A DNA stretch of 64,000 bases. Source: Chloroflexota bacterium (GTDB taxonomy: Bacteria > Chloroflexota > Dehalococcoidia > SM23-28-2 > RBG-16-64-32). The stretch covers positions 2,807 to 66,806 of the forward strand of contig JAJCYV010000004.1 of NCBI GenBank assembly GCA_029262695.1, in the 5' to 3' direction. The position numbers and the translations under genes are program-made. Each line of letters begins with the position of its first letter. The stretch's first letter is position 1. The notes below the pieces were generated by a model. The model had not been told where the DNA came from. It searched no databases and worked only from the letters and a program-made list of their open reading frames with translations. This document shows positions 48,021-58,096 of the stretch, piece by piece.

Positions 48021-49418
48021 ATGAATGGCACGATGGAAGAGGGCAAGGGAGCGCAGAGCCCCACCGCCAAGGGCCTCGATCGCCGCGCGCTGGACTACAG
48101 CGCCTCGGTCGGTTACGACCGGCGCCTGTACGCGCACGACATCGCCGGGTCGGTTGCCCACGCCCGCATGCTCGGCGCGCAGGGCATCATCCCGGCTGAC
48201 GACGCGACGCAGATCGTGCGCGGCCTGGAGGAGATCCGTGACGAGATCGAGGCCGGGAAGTTCGAGTGGCGCGAAGACCTCGAGGACGTGCACCTGAACA
48301 TCGAAGTCGCCCTGCGCGAAAGAATCGGTGACGCCGGCGCTCGTCTGCACACGGCCCGCTCCCGCAACGACCAGGTCGCGACCGACGTCCGCCTGTTCGT
48401 GATGGATTCGTGCGACCGCGCCGTAGACGGCGTGCGCGATGTGCAGCGGGCGCTCATCGGCATGGCCGAGGCCAACGCCGGCGCCATCATGCCGGGCTAC
48501 ACGCACCTGCAGCGCGCCCAGCCCGTGCTCTTCGCCCACCACCTGCTCGCCTACTTCGAGATGCTGGACCGCGACGCCATTCGCTTCGCCGCCGCCCGGG
48601 ACAGCGCCGACGAACTGCCTCTCGGCTCGGGCGCCCTCGCCGGCGTGCCATACCCGGTCGACCGCGAGGCCGTCGCCCGCGAACTCGGCTTCAGCCGCGT
48701 CTCGCGCAACAGCATCGACGCGGTCAGCGACCGCGACTTCGCCGTCGACTTCCACGCCGCTTCCGCCACGACGATGATGCACCTCTCGCGTCTCAGCGAG
48801 GAGATCATCGTCTGGTCGAGCGACGAGTTCGGCTTCCTGCGCCTGCCGGACGACTTCGCGACAGGCTCCAGCATCATGCCGCAGAAGCGCAACCCGGACA
48901 TCGCCGAGCTGGCGCGCGGCCGCACCGGCCGCGTCTACGGCAACCTCGTGGCGCTGCTCACGATGCTCAAGGGCCTGCCGCTCGCCTATAACCGCGATCT
49001 ACAAGAAGACAAGCAGCCGCTCTTCGACACCGTCGACGTGCTCCTGCCGACGCTCGAAGTGATGGCGGCGATGCTGCCGCGCCTCTCACTGGACGCCGGG
49101 CGCGCCGCCAACGCTGCCGCCGGCGGCTACCTGCTAGCCACCGACGTCGCCGACTACCTCGTGCGCAAGGGCGTGGCCTTCCGCGACGCGCACCAGGCCG
49201 TCGCCGATCTGGTGCGCCACGCCGAGGATCAGAGCAAGCCGCTCGCCGAGCTGACGCTTGACGAGTACCGCCGCTTCTCGCCGCAGTTCCAGGAGGACGT
49301 GCTGAGCCTCGACGCCCGCGCGTCCATCGACGCGCGCGACGTGCCCGGCGGCACGGCCTCCGGCCGCGTGGCGGACGCCCTGAACGAAGCGAAGAAGCGC
49401 CTCGAGGGCCCGGCATGA
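48021..49418 (+). CDS. argH: Argininosuccinate lyase
   Basis: It has the fumarate-lyase signature (GSSIMPQKRNPD) and overlaps the downstream rpe start (ATGA). Confidence 0.9.
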   Translation: MNGTMEEGKGAQSPTAKGLDRRALDYSASVGYDRRLYAHDIAGSVAHARMLGAQGIIPADDATQIVRGLEEIRDEIEAGKFEWREDLEDVHLNIEVALRERIGDAGARLHTARSRNDQVATDVRLFVMDSCDRAVDGVRDVQRALIGMAEANAGAIMPGYTHLQRAQPVLFAHHLLAYFEMLDRDAIRFAAARDSADELPLGSGALAGVPYPVDREAVARELGFSRVSRNSIDAVSDRDFAVDFHAASATTMMHLSRLSEEIIVWSSDEFGFLRLPDDFATGSSIMPQKRNPDIAELARGRTGRVYGNLVALLTMLKGLPLAYNRDLQEDKQPLFDTVDVLLPTLEVMAAMLPRLSLDAGRAANAAAGGYLLATDVADYLVRKGVAFRDAHQAVADLVRHAEDQSKPLAELTLDEYRRFSPQFQEDVLSLDARASIDARDVPGGTASGRVADALNEAKKRLEGPA

Positions 49419-50089
49419 GCGACGTCAAGATCGCGCCGTCCATCGTCTCGGCGGATCTCACTCGGCTGGCGGATGAGGTGCGCGAATGCGAGGCCGCTGG
49501 CGCGCAGATGATCCACATCGACATCATGGATGGCCGGTTCGTCCCCGCTATCACCATCGGCGCGCCCATCGTCGAGGCGATCCGTCGCACGACCGATATC
49601 ACGCTCGATATACACCTGATGGTCGTCGAGCCGGAGAAGCAGGTGGAGCGCTTCATCGAGGCCGGCGGCGACATCATCAACGTCCACTGGGAGGCCGCAA
49701 CGCACGTCCACCGCATCGTCCGCGATGTACAGCAGCAGGGCCGCCGCGCCGGCGTCTGCCTCAACCCCGGTACGTCCGAAGGCGTCCTCGACGCCCTGTT
49801 GCCGGACCTTGACCAGGTGATGGTGATGGCGGTGAACCCCGGCGCCTCGGGCCAGCCGTTCATCGCCTCCGTCCTGTCCAAGGTCGAGCGCCTGCGCAGG
49901 ACGATCGATGAGGGCGGCTACCGCGCGGAGATCGAGATCGACGGCGGTGTGAAAGTGGACAACGCGCCCCGCTGCGCTGCCGCCGGCGCCGACGTCCTCG
50001 TCGCCGCCAGCGCCGTTTTCAACGACCGCGCGCCGATCGGCGACAACATTCGCGCGCTTCAGGAATCAGTGGCGGCGTTACAGGCGTAG
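49415..50089 (+). CDS. rpe: Ribulose-phosphate 3-epimerase
   Basis: It begins IAPSIVSADLTRLADEV...HIDIMDGRFVP, a TIM-barrel protein with conserved metal His/Asp residues. Confidence 0.85.
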   Translation: MSDVKIAPSIVSADLTRLADEVRECEAAGAQMIHIDIMDGRFVPAITIGAPIVEAIRRTTDITLDIHLMVVEPEKQVERFIEAGGDIINVHWEAATHVHRIVRDVQQQGRRAGVCLNPGTSEGVLDALLPDLDQVMVMAVNPGASGQPFIASVLSKVERLRRTIDEGGYRAEIEIDGGVKVDNAPRCAAAGADVLVAASAVFNDRAPIGDNIRALQESVAALQA

Positions 50090-50118
50090 CTGCGGGATCG
50101 TCGGAGAAGGTGAGTCGC

Positions 50119-50328
50119 CTAGACGCGGTCTTTAGTCGTCGTGCGAATGCAGCGCGTGCAGATCTTGAGGCGGATGGGAACACCGCCGATGATGAACGTC
50201 TTTCTCTGGATGTTCGCCTTGAACTTGCGGTTCGTCCGCGGCGCCTTACGTTCCCAGCGCCCGGAGTGTTGGTGGCGTATATTGCGGCCGAAGCCTGTCT
50301 TCTTATCGCAAACCTGACACGTGGCCAT
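50119..50328 (-). CDS. rpmB: 50S ribosomal protein L28
   Basis: MATCQVCDKKTGFGRNIRHQHSGRWERKAPRTNRKFKANIQRK... has CxxC...CxxC zinc-ribbon spacing. The start was chosen at the internal Met of the 95-codon ORF. Confidence 0.75.
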   Translation of the reverse strand: MATCQVCDKKTGFGRNIRHQHSGRWERKAPRTNRKFKANIQRKTFIIGGVPIRLKICTRCIRTTTKDRV

Positions 50329-50454
50329 AGATACAAACCCTTTACGAGGAAAACGGGCGCTGCTAAAATTGCGCCCGCCATATGGTAGCATTCGCCGTTT
50401 TCCCAATCAACACGCGCACGCCGTGCACGAGCGGGCGAATCTGCTCGGCGTCAC

Positions 50455-52110
50455 ATGACTGATACCAACCTGGCTTCCCTCTCTGGTTCCGACATAACGG
50501 AGATGTTCCGTGCCGCCTCGCGCTGGCTTGATCTGAACAAGGAGCAGGTCAACGCGATCAACGTCTTCCCCGTACCGGACGGCGATACCGGCACGAATAT
50601 GCACCTGACGATGCGGAGCACGATGGAGGAGGCCGACCGCTGCCAGCAGCCGGAGGCAGGCGCCGTCCTCGGCGCGATGGCGCACGGCGCTCTGATGGGC
50701 GCGCGGGGCAACTCCGGCGTCATCCTCTCGCAGATCGTGCGCGGTCTGGCGCTGGCTGTTGCAGACGCGGCCGAGCTCGACCCGAAAGCGCTCGCGGCGG
50801 GCTTCCAGCAGGGATCGGACACGGCCTACAAGGCCGTCACGCAGCCGACAGAAGGCACAATCCTCACTGTGATCCGCGATGTGGCCTCCGCCGCCGATGA
50901 CAACACCAACGGCGACATTGGGGCGCTCATGACCGCCGCCGTCGATGCCGCACGTGAGAGCGTCGCGCGCACGCCGGACCTGCTGCCGGTCCTCGCCGAG
51001 GCCGGCGTCGTTGACGCCGGCGGCCAGGGCCTCTTCGTGCTCCTGGAGGGCATGCTGCGGCACCTGCGCGGAGAGACCGTTGAGGCCGGGGAAGCGGCGG
51101 CGACCGACGGCAGCCCCGAGAAGGAGTTCCTGGCCGTCGTTGAGCAGCACCACCAGGCCGAGGAGTCGCCGTACGGATATTGCACCGAGGTGCTGATCGA
51201 GGGTGACGCTCTGCCGGTCGACGAACTTCGGGAGCGCGTGCTCGCCATGGGCGACTCCGTACTCGTCGTCGGCGACGAGAGTCTCGTCCGTGTCCACGTT
51301 CACACCGACGACCCGGGTACGCTTCTGATGATGGGAACGGGCGCCGGCAGCCTCGTGCAGGTGAAGGTCGACAACATACGCCACCAGGCCGAGCGCTTCG
51401 TTGAGCTGCACCAGGAGCCGGACGAGGCCGCAGCGACCGCGCAGCCGCCTGCGTCGATGATCTCGTCCGTCGCCGTCGCCTCGGGTGAGGGCCTGGCCGA
51501 TGTCTTTCGCGACGTCGGCTGCTCGCGCGTCGTCTCCGGAGGGCCGACGATGAACCCAAGCACGCGCGACATCCTGGACGCGATCGAGTCCTGCCCCACG
51601 GACGACGTGGTAGTTCTGCCGAACGACAAGAACATCGTCATGGCCGCCAGGCAGGCAGCCGAGGCGACGCAGAAGCATGCCGTCGTCGTGCCTTCGCGGT
51701 CGGTCCCGCAGGGCCTGTCTGCGCTTCTCGCTGTGAACCCGGAGGAGGGCCTCGACGAAAACGCCCGCGCCATGGAGGATGCTCTCACGGCCGTCCGCAC
51801 GATCGAAATCACCACCGCAGTTCGTTCGACGGAGATCGGCGGCGTGGCGGTGAAGGAAGGCCAGACGATCGCCGTCGTCGACGACGAACTGAAGGTGGCG
51901 ACCGATTCGCCCGAGGATGCGCTGGACACCGCGCTTGACGACCTGACCGGCGGATCGACGAGCCTGATCACGCTCTACTACGGCGCCGGCGCGACGGACG
52001 AGCAGGCGCAGGCGACGGCCGGCCATCTGCGCGAGCGCTACGCTGGCCACGAGGTCGAGGTCGTCGCCGGCGGCCAGCCGCACTACGTTTACATAGTCTC
52101 GCTCGAATAG
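50455..52110 (+). CDS. DAK2-domain fusion protein YloV-like (Dak phosphatase-like N-terminus plus DegV-like C-terminus)
   Basis: It sits divergent from rpmB and upstream of recG, as in the yloV/recG neighbourhood. The DAK2 helical domain has DGDTGTNM. Confidence 0.8.
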   Translation: MTDTNLASLSGSDITEMFRAASRWLDLNKEQVNAINVFPVPDGDTGTNMHLTMRSTMEEADRCQQPEAGAVLGAMAHGALMGARGNSGVILSQIVRGLALAVADAAELDPKALAAGFQQGSDTAYKAVTQPTEGTILTVIRDVASAADDNTNGDIGALMTAAVDAARESVARTPDLLPVLAEAGVVDAGGQGLFVLLEGMLRHLRGETVEAGEAAATDGSPEKEFLAVVEQHHQAEESPYGYCTEVLIEGDALPVDELRERVLAMGDSVLVVGDESLVRVHVHTDDPGTLLMMGTGAGSLVQVKVDNIRHQAERFVELHQEPDEAAATAQPPASMISSVAVASGEGLADVFRDVGCSRVVSGGPTMNPSTRDILDAIESCPTDDVVVLPNDKNIVMAARQAAEATQKHAVVVPSRSVPQGLSALLAVNPEEGLDENARAMEDALTAVRTIEITTAVRSTEIGGVAVKEGQTIAVVDDELKVATDSPEDALDTALDDLTGGSTSLITLYYGAGATDEQAQATAGHLRERYAGHEVEVVAGGQPHYVYIVSLE

Positions 52111-52174
52111 CTGCCGGGCGCTCCCAACACATCTTCCGCGCACTGCTATACTGTGCCGTCAGGAGGTGCCTCAC

Positions 52175-53017
52175 TTGTCAATTCGCATCGTCACCGATAG
52201 CGTCTCGGACATGCCCCCCGAGATGGCGCAAGAACTCAAGATTCCGGTTGTTCCCCTGAGCGTCGTCTTCGGCGAGGAGTCGCTCAAAGAGGGAATCGAC
52301 ATCAGCCCCGACGTCTTCTACGAGAGGTTGGCTCGCGTCAAGGACCTACCGACGACGTCCTCGCCATCGGTCGGCGACTTCTTGGACACGTACCGCGATG
52401 TCCTGAAGGAGACCGACGAGATCGTCTCCCTCCACGTCTCGTCCAAGCTCTCTGCCACCTACAGTAACGCCACGCAGGCCGCCGCCATCCTGGCCGACGA
52501 GGGCGCACGAATCGAAGTCGTCGACTCGCGGACTATCTCGCTGGGCATGATGTTCCTATGCGAGGCCTCCGTGAAGGCCGCTTCCGCGGGCGCCAGCGTC
52601 GAAGAGATCCGCGAGATCATCGACGCCATGATCCCGCGCATCTCCGTGTACATCGCCCTCGACACGCTGGAATACGTGCGCCGTGGCGGCCGCATCGGCC
52701 GGGCGCGCGCTTTCCTCGGCACCATGCTTCGCGTCAAGCCGATCCTCTCGTTCGACGAAGGTGAGGTGCGCCCCGAAGAGCGCGTGCGCACCCGCTCCCT
52801 CGCCCTCGACCGCCTCTTCCAGCTTGTGACCTCGGCTCCCAACCTTGAGAAGGTCGGCGTCGGCTACTCGACGAACGCTGAGGAGGCGGAGGAGCTGAGG
52901 CGGCGCATAACGGACGCGCTGGGGGGCCAAAAAGTGCAGATGACGCGGATCGGGGCCGTCGCCGGCGTTCACGGAGGGCCGGGCGTCCTCGGGGTCGGCT
53001 TTCTGCGGGGGGAGTAA
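52175..53017 (+). CDS. DegV-family (fatty-acid-binding, FakB-like) protein
   Basis: A TTG follows an AGGAGG RBS; the GTG at 52166 overlaps the Shine-Dalgarno sequence. It begins IRIVTDSVSDMP, the DegV N-terminal motif. Confidence 0.8.
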   Translation: MSIRIVTDSVSDMPPEMAQELKIPVVPLSVVFGEESLKEGIDISPDVFYERLARVKDLPTTSSPSVGDFLDTYRDVLKETDEIVSLHVSSKLSATYSNATQAAAILADEGARIEVVDSRTISLGMMFLCEASVKAASAGASVEEIREIIDAMIPRISVYIALDTLEYVRRGGRIGRARAFLGTMLRVKPILSFDEGEVRPEERVRTRSLALDRLFQLVTSAPNLEKVGVGYSTNAEEAEELRRRITDALGGQKVQMTRIGAVAGVHGGPGVLGVGFLRGE

Positions 53018-53023
53018 CCGGAG

Positions 53024-55531
53024 TTGGCGGGGTCCTACGATGGGCTTCGCAGAGTGCTGGCGCTGGAGCGAGACAAGAAGTTCGGCGACGGCGCAGTAGT
53101 CGGCGGGCTCGACGAATACCTCCTGCGCTTCACCAGCGAGGCGAAGATCGACACCTCGCACCCGATTTCTCGCATCCTGCAGCAGCTCCCGCCCGGCGGC
53201 TACCGTGCCCTCCACCCGATCCAGCGGCAGCGCGTCGTCGACGAACTGCTGCGCTCGGCTGATGAAGGCGCGCAACGCGAAGCGGCAAAGGGGACGCCCG
53301 TAAGGCCGCCGCTTCCGCCGCCCGTGCCCGGGCCGGTCGCGCGCAAGCCCACCGCGCGCCCGAAGGCTGCAGTGAAGCCTGAAGCGAGGCCGGGCCCGGA
53401 CCTGACCCTCGATTCGCCGGTGTCCGTCCTGGCGAAGCGTCCGGACGTGACGCGTCTGCACAAGAAGGGCCTGGAGACGGTCCGCGACCTCCTCTATCAC
53501 TTCCCGAACCGCTACCATGATTACTCCGAGGTGCGCCCCATCGCCAGCCTAGCGTTTGGCGAGGAACAGACGGTGATCGCCGAGGTCTGGTCGGCCAAGG
53601 CGGTGATGATCGGCCGCAAACGGCGCGGCGCCGAAGCGATCGTCGGCGACGACTCGGGCACAATCCGCATCCTCTGGTTCGGCCAGCCGTGGGTTGCCAG
53701 GCAGCTCAAGACCGGGAAGAAAGTAGCGCTCAGCGGCAAGATCGGCTCGTTCAAGGGCCGAATGCAGATGGAGAACCCGGAGATCGAATCGCTTGACGAC
53801 GAGGCGATCTTCACGCGGCGCTTCGTGCCCGTCTACCGCAGCACCGAAGGCCTGTACATGAAGACGCTGCGCGATCTCGTGCGCCTCGCCGTCGATTCGT
53901 GCGCCGCCGATGTCCCGGAGACCCTCCCGGACGACGTGCGCGAGCGGAACGGCCTTATGGACGTCGGCCAGGCGTTCCGGCAGATACATGCACCGGAATC
54001 GCTCGAAGAGGCGGACGCCGCCAGGCACCGCTTCGCCTTCGAGGAACTGCTCTGGATCGAGATCGGTGTCGTCCGCCGCCGCCGCGAGTGGCAGATTGCG
54101 GGCGGCGCGCCTGTCCTCTCGCTCGAAGCTGCCGCACTCAACGCCTTCATAGACTCGCTGCCGTTCGCGCTCACGAAGGCACAGCGCAGGGCGATCGGCG
54201 ACGTGCTGGCGGATACGTCCGATGCCATACCGATGACTCGCCTGCTGGAGGGAGACGTCGGTAGCGGTAAAACGGTCGTCGCCGCGGCCGCCCTGCTCGC
54301 CGCAGTCGCCGCCGGCAAGCAGGGCGCGATCATGGCCCCGACCGAGATCCTGGCTGAGCAGCACATGCGGACGTTCATAAGCATCCTCGACCCGGACCGC
54401 GCCGCCCCGGAAGCGGACGGCCCGTGGTTCCGGGAATCCGGCGACGGCTTCCTCGTGCTGCGGCCGCCGTACCTGGAGCGGCCGCTGCGCGTCGCGCTGC
54501 TCACGGGCAGTCTCAAGGCGTCAGACAAGGCAGCCGTGCAGGAGGCGATCGCCCGCGGGGAGGTGGATATCGCCGTCGGCACGCACGCGCTCCTGCAGGA
54601 GTCCGTTGAGTTCGCAGACCTCGGTCTTGCCGTAATCGATGAGCAGCATCGCTTCGGTGTCGAGCAGCGCGCCGCCTTGCGGGAGAAGGGGGGCAGTCCT
54701 CACGTGCTCGTGATGACGGCGACGCCGATCCCGCGGACGCTGGCGCTCACCGTCTACGGTGATCTCGACATAACCGTGCTCAACGAGATGCCGCCCGGGC
54801 GCCCGCCGGTGAAGACGTACTTCGTGCCACCGCGGCGCCGCGAGGAGGCCACGCGCTTCCTCCAGAAGAAGGTCGAGGAGGGGCGCCAGGCTTACGTCAT
54901 CTGCCCGCTCGTCGAGGAGTCGGAGGCGATCGAGGCGAAGGCGGCCGTGCAAGAGTACGAGCGCCTGTCGCGGGACGAGTTCCCGGAGCTGCGGCTGGGC
55001 CTGCTGCACGGCCGCATGTCCGGCGGCGAGAAAGACGCCACGATGCGCGCCTTCCGCGACCACGACCTCGACGTCCTCGTCTCGACGTCGGTCGTCGAAG
55101 TCGGCGTCGACGTCCCGAACTCGACGGTGATCCTGATCGAGGGCGCGGACCGCTTCGGACTCTCCCAGCTGCACCAGTTCCGCGGCCGCGTGCGCCGCAG
55201 CGAGGAGCAGGCCTACTGCTTCCTCCTTTCAGACACGCAGTCCGAAGAGGCGATGGAGCGCCTGCAGATCATGGAGACGACGGACAGCGGCTTCGACCTG
55301 GCGGAGCACGACCTGCGCCTGCGGGGGCCGGGCGAATACTTTGGCAAGCGCCAGTCCGGCATGCCAGACCTGCGCGTCGCCCGCCTCACAGACGTTGAGC
55401 TGATCGAGGAGGCGCGGCGCGAGGCAACACGCATCCTCGACGAGGACCCGGAGCTGGAAGACACCTCTCACGCCGCGCTGCGCGAGAACGTGAGCAGGCT
55501 CTGGGACCGGCTGACGTCGGACGTGTCGTAG
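53024..55531 (+). CDS. recG: ATP-dependent DNA helicase RecG (with extended Pro/Ala-rich N-terminal linker)
   Basis: It has the wedge domain and SF2 helicase motifs (Walker A GDVGSGKT, DEQH, and the RGRVRR/QxxGRxGR region). It uses a TTG start. Confidence 0.9.
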   Translation: MAGSYDGLRRVLALERDKKFGDGAVVGGLDEYLLRFTSEAKIDTSHPISRILQQLPPGGYRALHPIQRQRVVDELLRSADEGAQREAAKGTPVRPPLPPPVPGPVARKPTARPKAAVKPEARPGPDLTLDSPVSVLAKRPDVTRLHKKGLETVRDLLYHFPNRYHDYSEVRPIASLAFGEEQTVIAEVWSAKAVMIGRKRRGAEAIVGDDSGTIRILWFGQPWVARQLKTGKKVALSGKIGSFKGRMQMENPEIESLDDEAIFTRRFVPVYRSTEGLYMKTLRDLVRLAVDSCAADVPETLPDDVRERNGLMDVGQAFRQIHAPESLEEADAARHRFAFEELLWIEIGVVRRRREWQIAGGAPVLSLEAAALNAFIDSLPFALTKAQRRAIGDVLADTSDAIPMTRLLEGDVGSGKTVVAAAALLAAVAAGKQGAIMAPTEILAEQHMRTFISILDPDRAAPEADGPWFRESGDGFLVLRPPYLERPLRVALLTGSLKASDKAAVQEAIARGEVDIAVGTHALLQESVEFADLGLAVIDEQHRFGVEQRAALREKGGSPHVLVMTATPIPRTLALTVYGDLDITVLNEMPPGRPPVKTYFVPPRRREEATRFLQKKVEEGRQAYVICPLVEESEAIEAKAAVQEYERLSRDEFPELRLGLLHGRMSGGEKDATMRAFRDHDLDVLVSTSVVEVGVDVPNSTVILIEGADRFGLSQLHQFRGRVRRSEEQAYCFLLSDTQSEEAMERLQIMETTDSGFDLAEHDLRLRGPGEYFGKRQSGMPDLRVARLTDVELIEEARREATRILDEDPELEDTSHAALRENVSRLWDRLTSDVS

Positions 55532-55570
55532 CGCTCGCGCCGCGCCTGGGCTAGAATTCTCACGTGAAGC

Positions 55571-55597
55571 GTCCGCCTCAGGCGGACGTTCGCGTTT
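55571..55597 (+). terminator. Hairpin GTCCGCC-TCA-GGCGGAC followed by a short U-rich tract (GTTCGCGTTTTG) between recG and argS; putative terminator, related to the repeat family
   Basis: It is a 7-bp perfect stem with a CCTCAGG core. Only a moderate U-tract follows. Confidence 0.35.
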
Positions 55598-55604
55598 TGA
55601 AGCC

Positions 55605-57272
55605 ATGATCAAAAACGAGATCGGGCAGCTGGTACAGGCCGCCGTACGCAAGGCTCAGGAGGCCGGCGACCTGCCCGCCGCCGCCATCCCCGACGCCCCC
55701 ATCGAGAGGCCGCAGCGGCCAGAGCACGGCGACTACGGCACGGGCCTCGCCATGCGTATGGCCCGCGCCGCCCAGATGAACCCGCTCGAAATCGCGAAGA
55801 TCGTCGCCAGGCACATCGAGGGCGACTCCCAGAACGGCGTCTTCGCCGCGATTGAGGTGGCGCCGCCGGGCTTCATTAACTTCCGCCTTTCCAGGGACTG
55901 GCTCGCCGCGCAGGTGGATGCGATCCTCGCCACCGGCCCGGAATTTGGCAACATCTCACTCGGCGCGGGCAAGAAGGTACAGGTCGAGTTCGTCTCCGCC
56001 AATCCCGTCGGGCCGATCCACGTCGGAAACGGCCGCGGGCTCGCCCTGGGCGACACCCTCGCGCGAGCGCTTGCCGCGGCTGGCTTCGAGGTCGAGCGGG
56101 AGTACTTCGTAAACGACGCCGGCACCCAGACCGACATCTTCGCCGAGACGCTCTACGTCCGCTATCAGCAGCTCTTCGGCCGCGAGGTGGAGATACCAGA
56201 GGGCGGCTACCCCGGCGAGTACATGCTCGACCTGGCGAACGCGCTCAAGGACGAGCTTGGCGACTCGCTCCTGCGGCCGGAAGGCGAGCCGAAGCCGCCC
56301 GAAGTACACGATCGCGGCGTCGCCCTGATGCTGGAGAACATCCGCCAGGACCTGGACGCGATCGGCGTGCAGTACGACAACTGGTTCTCGGAGCGCTCAG
56401 TCTACGACGACGGCACGTACAAGAAGACGATGGACCTGCTGCGCGAACACGGCTTCGTCTCGGAGCGAGAAGGCGCCGTGTGGTTCGTCTCCTCATCGCT
56501 CGGCGAGGAGAAGGACAACGTCCTCGTACGCTCAACCGGGGCGCCGACGTATTTCGCCTCCGACATCGCCTACCACTACGACAAGTTCGTGACGCGCGCC
56601 TTCGACCGCGTGATCAACATCTGGGGCGCCGACCACCAGGGCCACGTCCCGCGCATGAAGGCCGCTGTCACGGCGCTCGGCGTCGACCCTGACCGGCTGG
56701 AGATCATCATCTACCAGCTCGTCACATTGAAGCGCGGCGAAGAGGTGGTCCGCCTTTCCAAGCGCGCCGGTGACATCGTCACGCTGCGCTCCGTCGTCGA
56801 CGAAGTCGGCGCCGACGCCGCGCGCTACAACTTCGTGACGCGCGCCGCCGACTCGCACATGGAGTTCGACATCGAGCTGGCGAAGCGCCAGAGCGCGGAG
56901 AACCCGGTGTACTACGTCCAGTACGCCCACGCCCGCATCGCCGGCATCCTCGCGCAGGCCGCCGAGCGCGGACTCGACTTCGAGGGCGGCGACGTCGGCC
57001 TGCTCAAGGAGGACGCCGAGCTGGACCTCGTGCGCAAAATGCTACGCCTGCCTGAGCTGATCGAGCAGATCGCGCTCAGCAACGAGCCGCACCAGCTCCC
57101 GTACTACGCGACGGAGATGGCGACCGCCTTCCACGACTTCTACGAGAAGTGCCGCGTCCTCAGCGACGATGAAGCGCTGTCGCGGGCCCGCCTGAAGCTC
57201 GTCTCCGCCGCCAAGACCGTCCTCGCCCGCAGCCTGAGCCTCATGGGCATGAGCGCTCCAGAGCGCATGTAG
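55605..57272 (+). CDS. argS: Arginine--tRNA ligase
   Basis: It has the class I HIGH motif (PIHVGNGRG), a KMSK-like region and a C-terminal DALR anticodon-binding domain. Confidence 0.9.
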   Translation: MIKNEIGQLVQAAVRKAQEAGDLPAAAIPDAPIERPQRPEHGDYGTGLAMRMARAAQMNPLEIAKIVARHIEGDSQNGVFAAIEVAPPGFINFRLSRDWLAAQVDAILATGPEFGNISLGAGKKVQVEFVSANPVGPIHVGNGRGLALGDTLARALAAAGFEVEREYFVNDAGTQTDIFAETLYVRYQQLFGREVEIPEGGYPGEYMLDLANALKDELGDSLLRPEGEPKPPEVHDRGVALMLENIRQDLDAIGVQYDNWFSERSVYDDGTYKKTMDLLREHGFVSEREGAVWFVSSSLGEEKDNVLVRSTGAPTYFASDIAYHYDKFVTRAFDRVINIWGADHQGHVPRMKAAVTALGVDPDRLEIIIYQLVTLKRGEEVVRLSKRAGDIVTLRSVVDEVGADAARYNFVTRAADSHMEFDIELAKRQSAENPVYYVQYAHARIAGILAQAAERGLDFEGGDVGLLKEDAELDLVRKMLRLPELIEQIALSNEPHQLPYYATEMATAFHDFYEKCRVLSDDEALSRARLKLVSAAKTVLARSLSLMGMSAPERM

Positions 57273-57273
57273 C

Positions 57274-58086
57274 GTGGCTGACCTGCCCGTCGCGAAGTCG
57301 GGTGCCTCAGCACTGGACGTCGCCCGTCAGGCGGCCCGTGCGGCGGCTGACATCATGCTCGCGGCCTACAAACTCCCGGTCGAGAAGAAGACGAAGAGCC
57401 GCGGCAACTTCCTCACGAAGACCGATCTCGAATGTGAGAAGGCAGCGCTCGCGATCCTGGCTGCGGAATACCCGGACGTGCCGGTCCTCGCCGAGGAGAC
57501 GTCGGCGTCGGTGGGCGACTGGCGGAGCGGCCTCCTCTGGGTGGTCGACCCGATCGACGGCACGGCCAACTTCGCGCGCGGCATCCCGACGTTCGCGTTC
57601 AACATCGCCCTCTGCCTCGACGGCGAGCCGCTGCTCGGCCTGACCCTGCAGCCGGTGACCGGCGACGAGTTCGTCGGCGTGCTCGGCGACGGCCTGTCGG
57701 TGAACGGCGAGCCAACGCCGGTCTCGCGGGCGGAGACGATGGCTGAATGCCTGACGGGCTTCGGGCTCGGTTACCAGTACGACCGCTCGAAGCTAATCCT
57801 CGGCCTGCTCGCCGACATCTGGCCGGGTCTGCAGATGATGCAGAACGTTGGCAGCGCGGCGATCGCGCTGGCCTACACCGCCAGCGGCCGCTTCGACCTT
57901 TACGTGCACAGCTTCCTCGGGCCGTGGGACGTCGCCGCCGGCCTCGCCCAGGTGCGCGCCGCCGGCGGCCTCGCGCTCGACCGCGCGGGCGGTCACGCGA
58001 CGATCTTCAGCGAGGGCCTCGTTGCGGGCGCTCCCGGCCCCGTGCGCGAGTTCGTTGCCGCGACGAAAGACCGGCCCTGGCGCTGA
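57274..58086 (+). CDS. Inositol-monophosphatase / SuhB-family (FIG superfamily) phosphatase
   Basis: It has the metal-binding motifs EE..S, WVVDPIDGT and WD.AAG. Confidence 0.75.
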   Translation: MADLPVAKSGASALDVARQAARAAADIMLAAYKLPVEKKTKSRGNFLTKTDLECEKAALAILAAEYPDVPVLAEETSASVGDWRSGLLWVVDPIDGTANFARGIPTFAFNIALCLDGEPLLGLTLQPVTGDEFVGVLGDGLSVNGEPTPVSRAETMAECLTGFGLGYQYDRSKLILGLLADIWPGLQMMQNVGSAAIALAYTASGRFDLYVHSFLGPWDVAAGLAQVRAAGGLALDRAGGHATIFSEGLVAGAPGPVREFVAATKDRPWR

Positions 58087-58096
58087 CCGGTCTCGG

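Noticed and set aside
50407-52143. 578-aa minus-strand ORF
   Set aside because: It is antisense to the DAK2 (yloV-like) gene.
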